Assembly: GCA_965208835.1 (NCBI GenBank)
Contig: OZ242358.1
Span: 4,768,001 to 4,832,000, forward strand
DNA length: 64,000 bases
Direction of reading: 5' to 3'
From: Candidatus Latescibacterota bacterium
Lineage (GTDB): Bacteria; Latescibacterota; UBA2968; GCA-2709665
Numbering within the stretch: position 1 is the stretch's first letter; every line of letters begins with the position of its first letter. Below are positions 8,983-19,220 of the stretch, piece after piece. A program made the translations under genes and the position numbers. The notes under the pieces were generated by a model. That model was given only the letters and a program-made list of their open reading frames with translations, was not told the DNA's origin and did no database searches.

Positions 8983-9774
8983 ATGGCAACAATCCTGGAT
9001 GAGATCATCGCATACAAGCGACGCGTTGTGGCCGAGGCAAAACAACGGGTTTCGCACGAAGATATAAGGAAACAAGCGGATCGAGTTCGGAAACCGTGCT
9101 CCTTGATGGAGAGCCTGACCGCCGGGGAGGATATCGCGCTCATTACGGAAATAAAAAAGGCATCTCCGTCAAAAGGGGTGATCCGGGAGAATTTCGATCC
9201 GGTTGAAATCGGCCGGGCATACGAGAAAAACGGCGCTGCGGGAATTTCCGTGCTTACGGACGAGAAGTATTTTCAGGGCTCCATCGCCAGTCTGAAGGCC
9301 GTAAGCGAAGCCGTACAAATTCCGGTGCTCCGGAAAGACTTCGTGATTGACCCTTATCAGATTCACGAAGCCGGAACGATCGGTGCGTCGGCGGTTCTGC
9401 TCATTGTCTCGGCGCTCTCGCAACGTGAATTGGCAGAGATGCTCACAGTCTGCAGGGAGACACGATTGGACGCCCTCGTGGAAGTGCACACGAGGGAGGA
9501 AGCGAGCAGGGCTCTGGATGCCGGCGCAGCTCTTGTCGGGGTTAATAACCGCGACCTCAAGACGTTCGAAACCGACTTGCGAACCACGTTCGACCTGATT
9601 GAATATCTACCTGACGAACTCGTCGTGGTAAGCGAGAGCGGTATCGAGACCAGGGACCATGTCGTCCGGTTAAGGGATGCCGGCGTGAATGCGGTGCTGG
9701 TCGGGGAACATCTGATGCGCCATCCCGACGTCGGTCGGAAGCTGAAGGCGCTGCTGGGTGCGGAAGGCGGTTGA
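8983..9774 (+). CDS. trpC: Indole-3-glycerol phosphate synthase
   Basis: EIKKASPSKG, SVLTD..YF.G, LRKDF, NNRDL, SESGI. Confidence 0.95.
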   Translation: MATILDEIIAYKRRVVAEAKQRVSHEDIRKQADRVRKPCSLMESLTAGEDIALITEIKKASPSKGVIRENFDPVEIGRAYEKNGAAGISVLTDEKYFQGSIASLKAVSEAVQIPVLRKDFVIDPYQIHEAGTIGASAVLLIVSALSQRELAEMLTVCRETRLDALVEVHTREEASRALDAGAALVGVNNRDLKTFETDLRTTFDLIEYLPDELVVVSESGIETRDHVVRLRDAGVNAVLVGEHLMRHPDVGRKLKALLGAEGG

Positions 9775-10403
9775 CTCGACTCATGGTTTGTGTGAAAATT
9801 TGCGGAATTACGAATCCGGAAGACGCGCTTTTCGCGGCCGCACAGGGTGTGGACGCGCTGGGGTTCATCTTCTATGAGCCCAGCCCGCGTTACGTGGATC
9901 CGGAATGCGTGAGCGAGATCGTGTCGCAATTGCCGCCATTCGTGACGCCGGTAGGGGTCTTCGTGAACAAGGCCAGGGAGGAGATTCTGGAAATCGCGCG
10001 TTCGACCGGAATTCAGGCGGTACAGTTGCACGGCGACGAGACGCCGGCCGACTGTCTGGGATATCCGTTACCGGTTGTCCGGGCATTGCGGGTGAGCGAC
10101 GGATTCGACCCTGCTTCCCTGAACGACTTTCCGGTTGACACGTTTCTGCTGGATACGGCCAAAAAGGGATGGTACGGCGGCACTGGAGAGACCTTTGACT
10201 GGCGGGTTGCAAGGGCGGCGACCGCACACGGGCGGATCATCCTCTCCGGGGGAATGGATGCGTCAAACGTAGCGGATGCGGTCCGAATGGTGAATCCGTA
10301 CGCGGTAGACTGCGGCAGCGGCGTCGAGGCCGCGCCCGGCCGGAAGGACCACGACAGAATCAGGGGGTTTTTGCGGGCGGTCCGCTCCGTAGCAGTCCGT
10401 TGA
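9771..10403 (+). CDS. trpF: Phosphoribosylanthranilate isomerase
   Basis: KICGIT, SPR, QLHGDE, GGTGETFDW. The last codons and the stop lie inside a MITE B terminus. Confidence 0.95.
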   Translation: MTRLMVCVKICGITNPEDALFAAAQGVDALGFIFYEPSPRYVDPECVSEIVSQLPPFVTPVGVFVNKAREEILEIARSTGIQAVQLHGDETPADCLGYPLPVVRALRVSDGFDPASLNDFPVDTFLLDTAKKGWYGGTGETFDWRVARAATAHGRIILSGGMDASNVADAVRMVNPYAVDCGSGVEAAPGRKDHDRIRGFLRAVRSVAVR

Positions 10404-10552
10404 TAAAGTCGCTCTGCAGGCGAGGCCGAGCCATTGTGGCCGAAGACAAGGCGCGCGACCGAGTCCCATCCAGCGATTCGGCGAGGGAGCGCAACGCAGT
10501 ATTTCGACCGCAAGGGCCGGCCGTAGCCCGGATGGGCTTTTTCAACGGGCTG
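10393..10552 (-). mobile_element. MITE family B (160 bp, inverted, 14-bp internal extra)
   Basis: Reverse complement of the 7769 copy. GTAG duplication at 10389-10392 and 10553-10556. Confidence 0.9.
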
Positions 10553-10562
10553 GTAGACCACA

Positions 10563-11873
10563 GTGCGCGTGTCTGAACCAATATCGAGAAATGAACCGGA
10601 GTTCAAAACAGTGGACATCCAGAAAGATCTGAATTTCCGTGGTTACGTATTTCAGCAAACAGACCCCGACGGTTTCAGGGCTCGGCTCACGCAGGGGCCG
10701 ATCACACTCTATTCGGGGTTCGACCCCACGGCAGACAGCTTGCACGTTGGCAGCCTGATACCCATTCTGGGACTGAGGCGGTTTCAGCTGGCCGGACATC
10801 ATGCGATCGGGCTGATCGGGGGAGGTACGGGTTTGATCGGCGATCCGAGCGGCAGTAAGGAAGAACGTCCGTTGAATCCGCCCGAATTGATCGCATCATA
10901 TACCGGGAAACTGACAGACCAGCTGGCCAGGTTCCTGGATTTTGAGACGAAGACCAATCCCGCCCGGGTTGTCAGCAATCTGGGTTGGCTTTCGGAACTG
11001 AAGGCGATTGACTTCCTGAGGGACACGGGCAAGCACTTCTCCATGGGTTATATGCTGGCGAAAGAGTCCGTGGCTTCCCGGCTGGAGACCGGAATCTCGT
11101 TCACCGAATTCAGCTATATGGTCATTCAGGCCTATGATTTCATGGAGTTGTTTCGGGCACACGGATGTGAGCTCCAGATTGGCGGGAGCGATCAATGGGG
11201 TAACATAACGGCGGGAATCGAGCTGATCCGGCGCCGGCTCGGCGGGCAGGTCTATGGCCTGACGTTTCCGCTGCTGCTGAATGCCGACGGGTCCAAGTTC
11301 GGCAAGACGGCATCCGGTAACGTCTGGCTCGACCCGGGAAGGACAACCCCCTACCAGTTTTACCAGCATTGGATCAATACGGACGACCGTGACGTGGTGA
11401 AGTTCCTGAAGCTGTTTACCTTTCTACCCGAGAATGAAATCATCAATCTGGAAACGGAAGTGAACGAACACCCCGAAAAGCGAGAGGCGCAGCGGGTACT
11501 GGCAGAGGAAGTCACCACTTTCGTGCATGACAGATCCGCCACGGTGAGGGCGCGGCGGATTTCGGACGCGTTGTTCTATGGTAACCTGAAAGACCTGAGT
11601 ACACGAGAGATCGAAGAAGGGTTCCGCGACGTGCCGTCTCAGGCGCTCAATGGCGTTTCAGGTGTGGGTCTGGTGGATCTGCTGGTAGACTGCGGTATTT
11701 CATCTTCCATGCGCCAGGCGCGGGAAGATATCCGCTCCGGCGCGATCCATATCAATGGCCGTCGTTGCACCGATACGGGCATGATGCTTGAACCACCGGA
11801 CAGAATCGCAGGGAGATACCTGGTCGTGCGCCGGGGCAAACGCCGCTACTTTCTGGTGCGCTGGAACCTCTGA
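10563..11873 (+). CDS. tyrS: Tyrosine--tRNA ligase (start uncertain)
   Basis: YSGFDPTADSLHVG, QIGGSDQWGNI, KFGKT and a C-terminal S4-like domain. Confidence 0.95.
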   Translation: MRVSEPISRNEPEFKTVDIQKDLNFRGYVFQQTDPDGFRARLTQGPITLYSGFDPTADSLHVGSLIPILGLRRFQLAGHHAIGLIGGGTGLIGDPSGSKEERPLNPPELIASYTGKLTDQLARFLDFETKTNPARVVSNLGWLSELKAIDFLRDTGKHFSMGYMLAKESVASRLETGISFTEFSYMVIQAYDFMELFRAHGCELQIGGSDQWGNITAGIELIRRRLGGQVYGLTFPLLLNADGSKFGKTASGNVWLDPGRTTPYQFYQHWINTDDRDVVKFLKLFTFLPENEIINLETEVNEHPEKREAQRVLAEEVTTFVHDRSATVRARRISDALFYGNLKDLSTREIEEGFRDVPSQALNGVSGVGLVDLLVDCGISSSMRQAREDIRSGAIHINGRRCTDTGMMLEPPDRIAGRYLVVRRGKRRYFLVRWNL

Positions 11874-12164
11874 CGGGCGGTTGCCGGTCCACCGGCATGT
11901 ATCGGAGCGCAAACCAGGATATGAATAATCGAAACCCAGCATGATAAACCTCAATCCGAAAAAGACAGCAACGCGGCGACGCGATAAAACCCTCCGAAAC
12001 GGGGCAATATCGACCTATAGAATGACGTTTTTTCCCTTCACGCCCAGTGACCTGGTGTATCCTGGTAATCCGCCGTTTAATCGCTTTTATTTACAAGCAC
12101 ATATTCGAATTAACGTCCCCGAAGACTTACGAATCAAGGTTAACAACAGGAGAGGATTCCTTCC

Positions 12165-13142
12165 ATGAAAGCACCCTGGATTACCTATCGGCCGGAATTG
12201 AAAGTACTTGATTGTACGATTCGAGACGGCGGATTGATGAACGATCACCAGTTCACCGATGATTTCGTGAAGGCGGTCTATGAAACCTGCGTCGCCGCCG
12301 GCGTCGACTATATGGAAATTGGGTACCGGAACTCCAAGGAGATTTTCCCCAAAGACCAATTCGGAGCTTTCCGGCACAGCGACGAAGAGGACATCCGTAA
12401 GATAACGGGCGACCACGACCCTGAAACCACCGGCCTGAAGCTCGCCATTATGGCGGATGCGGGCAAGAGCGACTGGGCGGAAGACATCCTGCCGGCCAGC
12501 GAGAGCGTGGTCAGCATGGTACGCGTGGCCTGTTATGTCGAGCAGATTCCCGAGACCGTTGAAATGCTCTGCGACGCCCACGAGAAAGGGTATGAAACCA
12601 GTTGCAACATTATGGCCATTTCAACCGTACAGGAGGTTGAGATCGACCAGGCGCTGGAGGTGCTCATCCAGACGCCGGTCGGCACAATATGTGTCGTCGA
12701 CAGCTTCGGGGCATTGTATCGCGAGCAGGTGGACATGCTCATCCGAAAATATATGGATGCTGTAAGCAAAACGGGAAAGGAAGTCGGCATTCACGCTCAC
12801 AACAACCAGCAACTGGCATTCGCCAATACCATCGAAGCGCTGATTCTCGGCGCAAACCGCGTTGACGCCACGGTGGACGGGCTTGGCCGCGGCGCCGGGA
12901 ATTGCCCTCTGGAACTGCTGCTGGGCTTCCTGCGCAATCCGAAGTTCAGGATTCGACCCGTCTACAAGCTGCTGGAAGACCACTTCGTCAAGTTGCGTGA
13001 GGAATTGACGTGGGGGGCCCTTGTACCGTACAACATTACAGGGCAGCACAACCAGCATCCCCGCTCGGCGATGGCGCTTCTGGACGGGGACGAACGCAAC
13101 CGCTATCTGGCATTCTACGATCAGGTGATGAGGGATATATAG
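12165..13142 (+). CDS. DRE-TIM metallolyase, 4-hydroxy-2-oxovalerate-aldolase-like
   Basis: [42 protein letters not shown]. Confidence 0.85.
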   Translation: MKAPWITYRPELKVLDCTIRDGGLMNDHQFTDDFVKAVYETCVAAGVDYMEIGYRNSKEIFPKDQFGAFRHSDEEDIRKITGDHDPETTGLKLAIMADAGKSDWAEDILPASESVVSMVRVACYVEQIPETVEMLCDAHEKGYETSCNIMAISTVQEVEIDQALEVLIQTPVGTICVVDSFGALYREQVDMLIRKYMDAVSKTGKEVGIHAHNNQQLAFANTIEALILGANRVDATVDGLGRGAGNCPLELLLGFLRNPKFRIRPVYKLLEDHFVKLREELTWGALVPYNITGQHNQHPRSAMALLDGDERNRYLAFYDQVMRDI

Positions 13143-14347
13143 TGCTCAACAGAGATGAAACCGCAAGGGCATGGCCTGACTCCGGGGGGCACTTCGGACC
13201 CTACGGCGGGCGCTATGTGCCGGAAACGTTGATGCCGTTACTGGAAGACCTGGAGGCGGCCTACCGCGACGCAAAGGACCGTCCGGATTTTCATGAAGAA
13301 CTGGACGGATATCTCCGGGAATTCGTAGGAAGGCCGACGTCACTCTATTTCGCACAGCGACTGACCCAAGAACTGGGCGGAGCCAGGATCTATCTGAAGC
13401 GGGAGGACCTCGCCCACACCGGCGCGCACAAAATAAACAACACGATGGGGCAGATTCTGCTTGCCAGACGCATGGGCAAGACGCGGATCATCGCTGAAAC
13501 GGGGGCGGGGCAGCACGGCGTGGCCACGGCAACCGTCGCGGCGATGTTCGGCCTGGAATGCGAGATCTACATGGGCACGGAAGACATGGACCGGCAGGCG
13601 TTGAATGTGTTTCGAATGCGGCTCCTCGGTGCGAAAGTGACCGGCGTGGACTCGGGAAGCAGGACGCTCAAAGACGCGATCAACGAGGCAATCCGGGACT
13701 GGGTGACGAATGTGGAGGATACGTTTTATATCTTTGGATCCGTCCTGGGGCCTCACCCGTATCCGATGATCGTACGCGACTTTCAGCGGGTGATCGGGGT
13801 GGAGACGCGCGCGCAGATCCTGCAGGCCGAAGGTCGGTTGCCGGACCGTCTGATCGCATGCGTGGGCGGCGGCAGCAATTCGATGGGGCTGTTTCATGCG
13901 TTTCTGGACGACACGGACGTGCGGATGGTCGGCGTCGAAGCCGGAGGCCATGGCATTGCCTCGGGCGACCACGCTGCGCGGTTTCAGGGAGGAGATCTGG
14001 GCGTACTGCACGGGGCCAGGATTTACCTCCTTCAGGACGAGGACGGTCAGATTGCACTGACCCATTCGGTATCGGCGGGCCTGGACTATTCCGGCGTGGG
14101 CCCCGAACACTGCCTTCTGCGGGATGAGGGTCGGATCGAGTATGCGTATGCAACTGACGACGAGGCCCTGAAGGGGTTCCGGCTGTTGAGTCGCACGGAG
14201 GGCATCATTCCCGCACTGGAAAGCGCGCATGCGATCGCGTACGTGTCGAAAGCGGCGCCCGAAATGGACAGGAATGCCGTGATCGTGGCGAATCTGTCCG
14301 GACGCGGCGACAAAGATGTACAGCAGGCGGCGAAGTACCTGGACTAA
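13142..14347 (+). CDS. trpB: Tryptophan synthase beta chain
   Basis: [41 protein letters not shown]. The GTG overlaps the upstream TAG. Confidence 0.96.
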   Translation: MLNRDETARAWPDSGGHFGPYGGRYVPETLMPLLEDLEAAYRDAKDRPDFHEELDGYLREFVGRPTSLYFAQRLTQELGGARIYLKREDLAHTGAHKINNTMGQILLARRMGKTRIIAETGAGQHGVATATVAAMFGLECEIYMGTEDMDRQALNVFRMRLLGAKVTGVDSGSRTLKDAINEAIRDWVTNVEDTFYIFGSVLGPHPYPMIVRDFQRVIGVETRAQILQAEGRLPDRLIACVGGGSNSMGLFHAFLDDTDVRMVGVEAGGHGIASGDHAARFQGGDLGVLHGARIYLLQDEDGQIALTHSVSAGLDYSGVGPEHCLLRDEGRIEYAYATDDEALKGFRLLSRTEGIIPALESAHAIAYVSKAAPEMDRNAVIVANLSGRGDKDVQQAAKYLD

Positions 14348-14400
14348 ACGGTAGTACACGTTTCGTTATTGAACCGGAATCGAGGATTGGAGTTGCCCGG

Positions 14401-15213
14401 ATGACAAGGATCGGTAAACGGTTCGAAGCGTTGAGGAGAGCGGGAAAGACCGGATTTGTCGCCTACATAACGGCCGGAGATCCGGATCTGGAAACCACCC
14501 GACGACTGGTGCCGGAGCTGGAGCGGCGCGGGGTGGATATCCTCGAGTTGGGCGTACCGTTCTCCGATCCGCTGGCGGACGGGCCCGAGATCCAGGCGGC
14601 CTCGCAGCGGGCGCTGAGGCATGGGGTGTCGCTGGGCGACGTTCTGGACCTGGTGGCGGACCTGCGGCTGGAGTCCGAGATACCTATCGTTCTGTTTACG
14701 TATTTCAATCCGATGCACCGTTTCGGTCTCCAACGGCTCGTCGACAGAGCCGCCGATGCGGGGGTGGACGGCATTCTGGCGCTGGATCTTCCGCCGGAAG
14801 AAGCGGGCGAGTACAAGGGTCTGATGGAAGAGCGGGGATTGGATACGATTTTTCTGATCGCGCCTACCAGCGGTGAGGATCGCATTCGGCGAATCGCGTC
14901 TTGCACCAGCGGATTTGTATATTACGTGTCGCGCACGGGCGTGACCGGGGAACGGGACAGACTGGAGGAAACGCTTGGAGACAGGGTAGCGGCCATCCGG
15001 AGACATACCTCGCAACCCGTTGCGGTTGGATTCGGAATTTCGACGCCGGAACAGTCCGGAGAGGTTGCAGGCTATGCGGATGCGGTCGTCGTCGGCAGCG
15101 CCATCGTGCGTCGAATTGCCCAACGGCAGACCGACCCGGACCTCGTTGTTCACATCGGGGCTTTTGTCGAAGAATTGGTGCAACCGTTGAAGGGAGCATT
15201 CGATGGATCTTGA
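14401..15213 (+). CDS. trpA: Tryptophan synthase alpha chain
   Basis: ELGVPFSDPLADGP.IQ, GVTG, GFGI, VGSA. Confidence 0.96.
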   Translation: MTRIGKRFEALRRAGKTGFVAYITAGDPDLETTRRLVPELERRGVDILELGVPFSDPLADGPEIQAASQRALRHGVSLGDVLDLVADLRLESEIPIVLFTYFNPMHRFGLQRLVDRAADAGVDGILALDLPPEEAGEYKGLMEERGLDTIFLIAPTSGEDRIRRIASCTSGFVYYVSRTGVTGERDRLEETLGDRVAAIRRHTSQPVAVGFGISTPEQSGEVAGYADAVVVGSAIVRRIAQRQTDPDLVVHIGAFVEELVQPLKGAFDGS

Positions 15214-15472
15214 AGACTGGCGTAAGGAAATCGACGTGCTGGACCGGGAACTGCTGACGCTTCTGAATCGACGGGCCGAATGCGCCATTGAAATTGGCAG
15301 GATCAAACAGGCAATCGAGCAACCGATCTTCGTGCCGGAACGGGAGATGTCGATCCTGAACCGAATCCTTGAGTTGAATGAGGGGCCCCTGGACGCCGAA
15401 GCCGTGCGACGGATCTTTCAACAGATCATCGATGAGTCCAGGCGCCTCATGCAGAAGAATCAGGGAAGTTAA
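15203..15472 (+). CDS. Chorismate mutase (AroQ class, monofunctional)
   Basis: R.EID.LD...L.LLN.R...A..IG..K...PERE pattern in an 89-aa protein. Confidence 0.9.
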   Translation: MDLEDWRKEIDVLDRELLTLLNRRAECAIEIGRIKQAIEQPIFVPEREMSILNRILELNEGPLDAEAVRRIFQQIIDESRRLMQKNQGS

Positions 15473-15564
15473 ACGGGTGCGAACCCTTCTGAACCTTAGC
15501 TCGAGATTGGTCGGGACGTTTCGTCACGTTTGAAGACCGAGATTTGTCACGGAGCCCGCAGCGC

Positions 15565-16593
15565 ATGGCATTCACGAAAAACATGAAGATACCCACGCCG
15601 GAAGCCGTTCTGGAGAAGATGCCGCTTCCGAAGAATCTGAAAGAAATAAAGGAGCAGCGGGATGCGGAAATCGGCGACATCTTTTCGCGCAGGAGCCATA
15701 AGTTTCTCCTTGTGATCGGCCCCTGCTCCGCACACAATGAAGACGCCGTATGTGAATACGTCTCGCGGCTGGCGAAACTGCAGGAGGCCGTCCGGGAAAC
15801 GCTGATTCTGGTGCCCCGGCTCTATACCAACAAACCCCGGACGACCGGCGAGGGATACAAGGGTATGGGACATCAGCCGGACCCGCGAAAGGCGCCGGAC
15901 ATGTCCGAAGGCATTTACGCGGTCCGTCAGATGCACATCCGGGCGGTGCGGGAATCCCACCTGACTGCGGCCGACGAAATGCTCTATCCTGGCAATCTAC
16001 CCTACGTCGATGACCTGCTGAGCTATATAGCCGTGGGTGCCCGGTCGGTAGAAAACCAACAACACCGATTGACCTGCAGCGGCGTTGACGTACCCGTTGG
16101 AATGAAAAACCCGACGGGAGGAGATCTTTCGGTTATGCTGAACGCGATTCATGCCTCCCAGATCCCGCACGTCTTCATCTATAACGGCTGGGAGGTACGC
16201 ACCGACGGCAATCCAATGACGCACGCCGTACTCCGCGGCGCCGTGGACGTAACCGGGCGCAGCATGCCGAACTACCATTTCGAGGACCTCATGTACGCGG
16301 CGGAACTGTATCGGCAGCGGCCGCTTGCCAACGCCGCGATCGTCGTGGATACGAATCACAATAACTCGGGCAAGCAGTTCAGTGAACAGCCGCGGATCGG
16401 GTTGGAAGTGATACGCAGCCGGCAGAATTCGGCGTTCCTGAACGACATGATCCGCGGATTGATGGTGGAGAGTTATCTGGTTGAGGGAGCGCAAGACGTC
16501 AATGACGGCGTGTACGGCAAATCCATTACCGATCCATGCCTGGGGTGGGAAGATACCGAGGCGTTCGTAAAGGAACTGGCCGAGGGGATATGA
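15565..16593 (+). CDS. aroG: DAHP synthase (type I-alpha-like)
   Basis: IGPCS, KPRT, VGARS, GMKNPT, MVES, KSITDPCLGW. Confidence 0.9.
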   Translation: MAFTKNMKIPTPEAVLEKMPLPKNLKEIKEQRDAEIGDIFSRRSHKFLLVIGPCSAHNEDAVCEYVSRLAKLQEAVRETLILVPRLYTNKPRTTGEGYKGMGHQPDPRKAPDMSEGIYAVRQMHIRAVRESHLTAADEMLYPGNLPYVDDLLSYIAVGARSVENQQHRLTCSGVDVPVGMKNPTGGDLSVMLNAIHASQIPHVFIYNGWEVRTDGNPMTHAVLRGAVDVTGRSMPNYHFEDLMYAAELYRQRPLANAAIVVDTNHNNSGKQFSEQPRIGLEVIRSRQNSAFLNDMIRGLMVESYLVEGAQDVNDGVYGKSITDPCLGWEDTEAFVKELAEGI

Positions 16594-16671
16594 TTGCGAA
16601 CGGGATCGGAAGACAGGAACGGACCCGAACGACCCGCGGGCGCTTTCGCCTCCGCCTCCAAGGATGACCGC

Positions 16672-17784
16672 ATGGCGAACGACCCTCCGTTTGCGCGTGA
16701 GACGATTGCAATAGTTGGTGTCGGGCTGATTGGCGGATCTCTTGGTGTGGCGCTCAAGGGACTGGGCATCGGACGACGTATCGTTGGCATCAGCAGGCAG
16801 GAGACCCTGGATGCAGCCGTCGGGCTGGATGTTATCGATGCGGGCTATCGCTATGAGGACCTCGAAACCGGGATTCGGGATGCGGCGCTGGTTTTCCTGT
16901 GCACTCCCATCGTACGTATTCTGGATCTGCTGCCTGAGGTGCTCGGAGCGGCGCGGCAGGATACGGTCGTGACCGATGTAGGCAGCACCAAACACGCGAT
17001 TGTTTCCGCGGCGGCGGCCCATCATCGGGATGACGTGCACTTTGTGGGCGGGCACCCGATGGCCGGATCCGAACATCGAGGGGTGGGCGCGGCGGATCCC
17101 TTCCTGTTTCAGAATGCGATCTATGTCTTGACGCCGTCGCCGGACACGCCCGGTTTCGTGGTCGAAAAGCTCGCTCGCCTTGTAAGGGCGTTCGGGGCCA
17201 GGCCGATGAGGATGACGCCTCAGGAACACGACAGGGCGGCGGCGGCGGTAAGTCACCTGCCGCAGATGATGGCCACGAGCCTGGTGTCCATGATTGGAAG
17301 GATGGCGGAAGACGACGGATTGCCGATTCGAATGGCCGCGGGGGGGTTTCGGGACCTGACCCGCATCGCTTCCAGCCCTTTTGGGATGTGGCGAGATATC
17401 TGCCGTACAAACGCGACGCCGATCCGCGAGATGATCGATCTGTATATTGAGTCGCTTTCGGCAATTCGCGGGAATGTGGACCACGACCGCCTGGAGCAGA
17501 CATTCACCTATGCGAATCGGGTACGGGGGCAGATCCCGAAGGACTCCAAGGGATTCCTGCATCCACTGCACGAAATTCTCCTCCTGGCGGAGGACAGGCC
17601 GGGTGTGATCGCCCACGTCGCCAGGAAGCTTGCCGGTGAGAGCATTAATATAAACGACATTGAGGTGCTGAATGTGCGGGAGGGAGAAGGCGGCACCATT
17701 CGAATGGGGTTCGATTCCCGTCCCTGCGCGGAACGGGCCGTTGACGTATTGGCGAAGGCGGGCTACAGCGTGAGATTGAGATAG
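16672..17784 (+). CDS. tyrA: Prephenate/arogenate dehydrogenase with C-terminal ACT domain
   Basis: GVGLIGGS, DVGSTK, GGHPMAG, HD....SHLP, GGFRDLTRIA, and the ACT motif DRPG.I. Confidence 0.92.
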   Translation: MANDPPFARETIAIVGVGLIGGSLGVALKGLGIGRRIVGISRQETLDAAVGLDVIDAGYRYEDLETGIRDAALVFLCTPIVRILDLLPEVLGAARQDTVVTDVGSTKHAIVSAAAAHHRDDVHFVGGHPMAGSEHRGVGAADPFLFQNAIYVLTPSPDTPGFVVEKLARLVRAFGARPMRMTPQEHDRAAAAVSHLPQMMATSLVSMIGRMAEDDGLPIRMAAGGFRDLTRIASSPFGMWRDICRTNATPIREMIDLYIESLSAIRGNVDHDRLEQTFTYANRVRGQIPKDSKGFLHPLHEILLLAEDRPGVIAHVARKLAGESININDIEVLNVREGEGGTIRMGFDSRPCAERAVDVLAKAGYSVRLR

Positions 17785-17846
17785 AGATTGAACCGGAAAG
17801 ATCGCTTTCCCTCCATTGGCGACCGCATTATAAAGAAGGCCTGGTT

Positions 17847-19145
17847 TTGGAACTCACGAAGTCGGGAATCTTCGAAGATAACATCAAACCATCGCCCGGG
17901 CTCAAGGGGGTTTCCGACCTCCCGGGCGATGTCAGTATATCGATCATCGCCCTTGCGCTCTCGTCCGCGGCGAATGGAATTACCAGGATTCGCAGGTGCT
18001 CGCGAAGCCGTGAAGTCCACCGTACTTGCGAGTTGCTGTCGGAAGTCGGGATTGCGGTAGCCTGGGACGGTGAGACCGCAACGGTAACCGGCGGCCAATT
18101 CCGGGCGCCGGAAGGCGTGCTGAACGTGGACGGGTCCCTTGTTCTGTTTTCCTGTCTGGCGGGATTGCTGTCGAATGCCCCTTTTGTAACGAGACTTTCC
18201 GGAATTCACGCCGATGCCGGCGTCAACCGGGTCTCTGAAGCGCTGCGACCGCTGGACGCCCACCTGGACCTTTCGATTAAGGACGGGATATCGGCCCGTA
18301 TCGGGGGGAAGAGGTTAAAGCCTGGATCCTGCCGCGTCGGACGTCCCGACCTGGCGGTGAAGTGCGGGGTGCTGATGGCCGGGTTGGGTGTGGACGGTCC
18401 GGTTGAGCTGCTGCAGGACACCGGAGGAGATGACGATCTGGAAGTGTTGCTGCGGGCGGCCGGATGCCGGCTGAAAAAGGGCCGGATCAGGGGCGCCGGA
18501 GGTTACCGGTTGTCGCTGGAAGGACCCGTACGGCTCCGCGCCGTTACCCATGAGTTGCCGGGTAGTTCGGACGCCGGTCTGTTTCTTGTGCTGGCCGCGG
18601 CGATGTTGGAACAGTCTGATTTGACGGTAACCCATTTCGGAACGGACTCGAGAAGCCGAAGGATCATGGACGTGCTGCGCCGGATGAACGTAGCCCTGGA
18701 TGTGGAGCCATTCCGGACGGATTCCGGTTTCCCCGCTCGAAGCGTCCGGATCATGGGGTCCGACTTGCGTGGCATAAAGATCGCCGGCGCGAACGCGCGG
18801 TTCTTGCGGGACGTGCTCCCGCTCCTGGCGGTCGCCGGCGCCGTTTCCCGGGGTGAGACCATAATCCGGGATGCGGAGGCGTTGAGGGAGGGTCCGGTCG
18901 ACTGTATCTCGGTTTTGGTAGAATGCCTCAGGAAGTTACAGATTGAAGTCGGAGAGATGCCGGACGGACTGGTTGTGAAGGGAGGGCAACCGCAGGGCGC
19001 CGAACTGGATGCCGGCGGTGACGCCCGCGTGTCTATGGCGCTCACGCTGGCGGCGCTGGCCAGCGAAGGGGAAACACTCGTCAGGAACCCCGGGCCCGTG
19101 GATCGGGCGATGATGGATCGGCTGGCGACGGTACTGGAAGCGTAA
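17847..19145 (+). CDS. EPSP synthase (AroA)-like protein with degenerate active site
   Basis: Full-length AroA-fold pattern between tyrA and aroE. Motifs read PGDVSISIIA, REGPVDC and DARVSM instead of PGDKSISHR, RVKE.DR and DHR.AM. Confidence 0.8.
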   Translation: MELTKSGIFEDNIKPSPGLKGVSDLPGDVSISIIALALSSAANGITRIRRCSRSREVHRTCELLSEVGIAVAWDGETATVTGGQFRAPEGVLNVDGSLVLFSCLAGLLSNAPFVTRLSGIHADAGVNRVSEALRPLDAHLDLSIKDGISARIGGKRLKPGSCRVGRPDLAVKCGVLMAGLGVDGPVELLQDTGGDDDLEVLLRAAGCRLKKGRIRGAGGYRLSLEGPVRLRAVTHELPGSSDAGLFLVLAAAMLEQSDLTVTHFGTDSRSRRIMDVLRRMNVALDVEPFRTDSGFPARSVRIMGSDLRGIKIAGANARFLRDVLPLLAVAGAVSRGETIIRDAEALREGPVDCISVLVECLRKLQIEVGEMPDGLVVKGGQPQGAELDAGGDARVSMALTLAALASEGETLVRNPGPVDRAMMDRLATVLEA

Positions 19146-19156
19146 TCATTCAGGTA

Positions 19157-19194
19157 CCCGCGCTGTCTGCAGCGTCCGCTGCAGACAGCGCGGG
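19157..19194. repeat. Perfect 18-bp inverted repeat
   Basis: CCCGCGCTGTCTGCAGCG-TC-CGCTGCAGACAGCGCGGG, with no U-tract. Confidence 0.85.
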
Positions 19195-19220
19195 ACAATC
19201 TTCGGTACGAGGAGAGCCTT

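Noticed and set aside
11874-12164. Possible T-box, riboswitch or sRNA in the tyrS-aldolase gap (also checked upstream of tyrS, argS and cysS)
   Set aside because: No T-box consensus or terminator recognised. A covariance-model search would be needed to exclude this fully.
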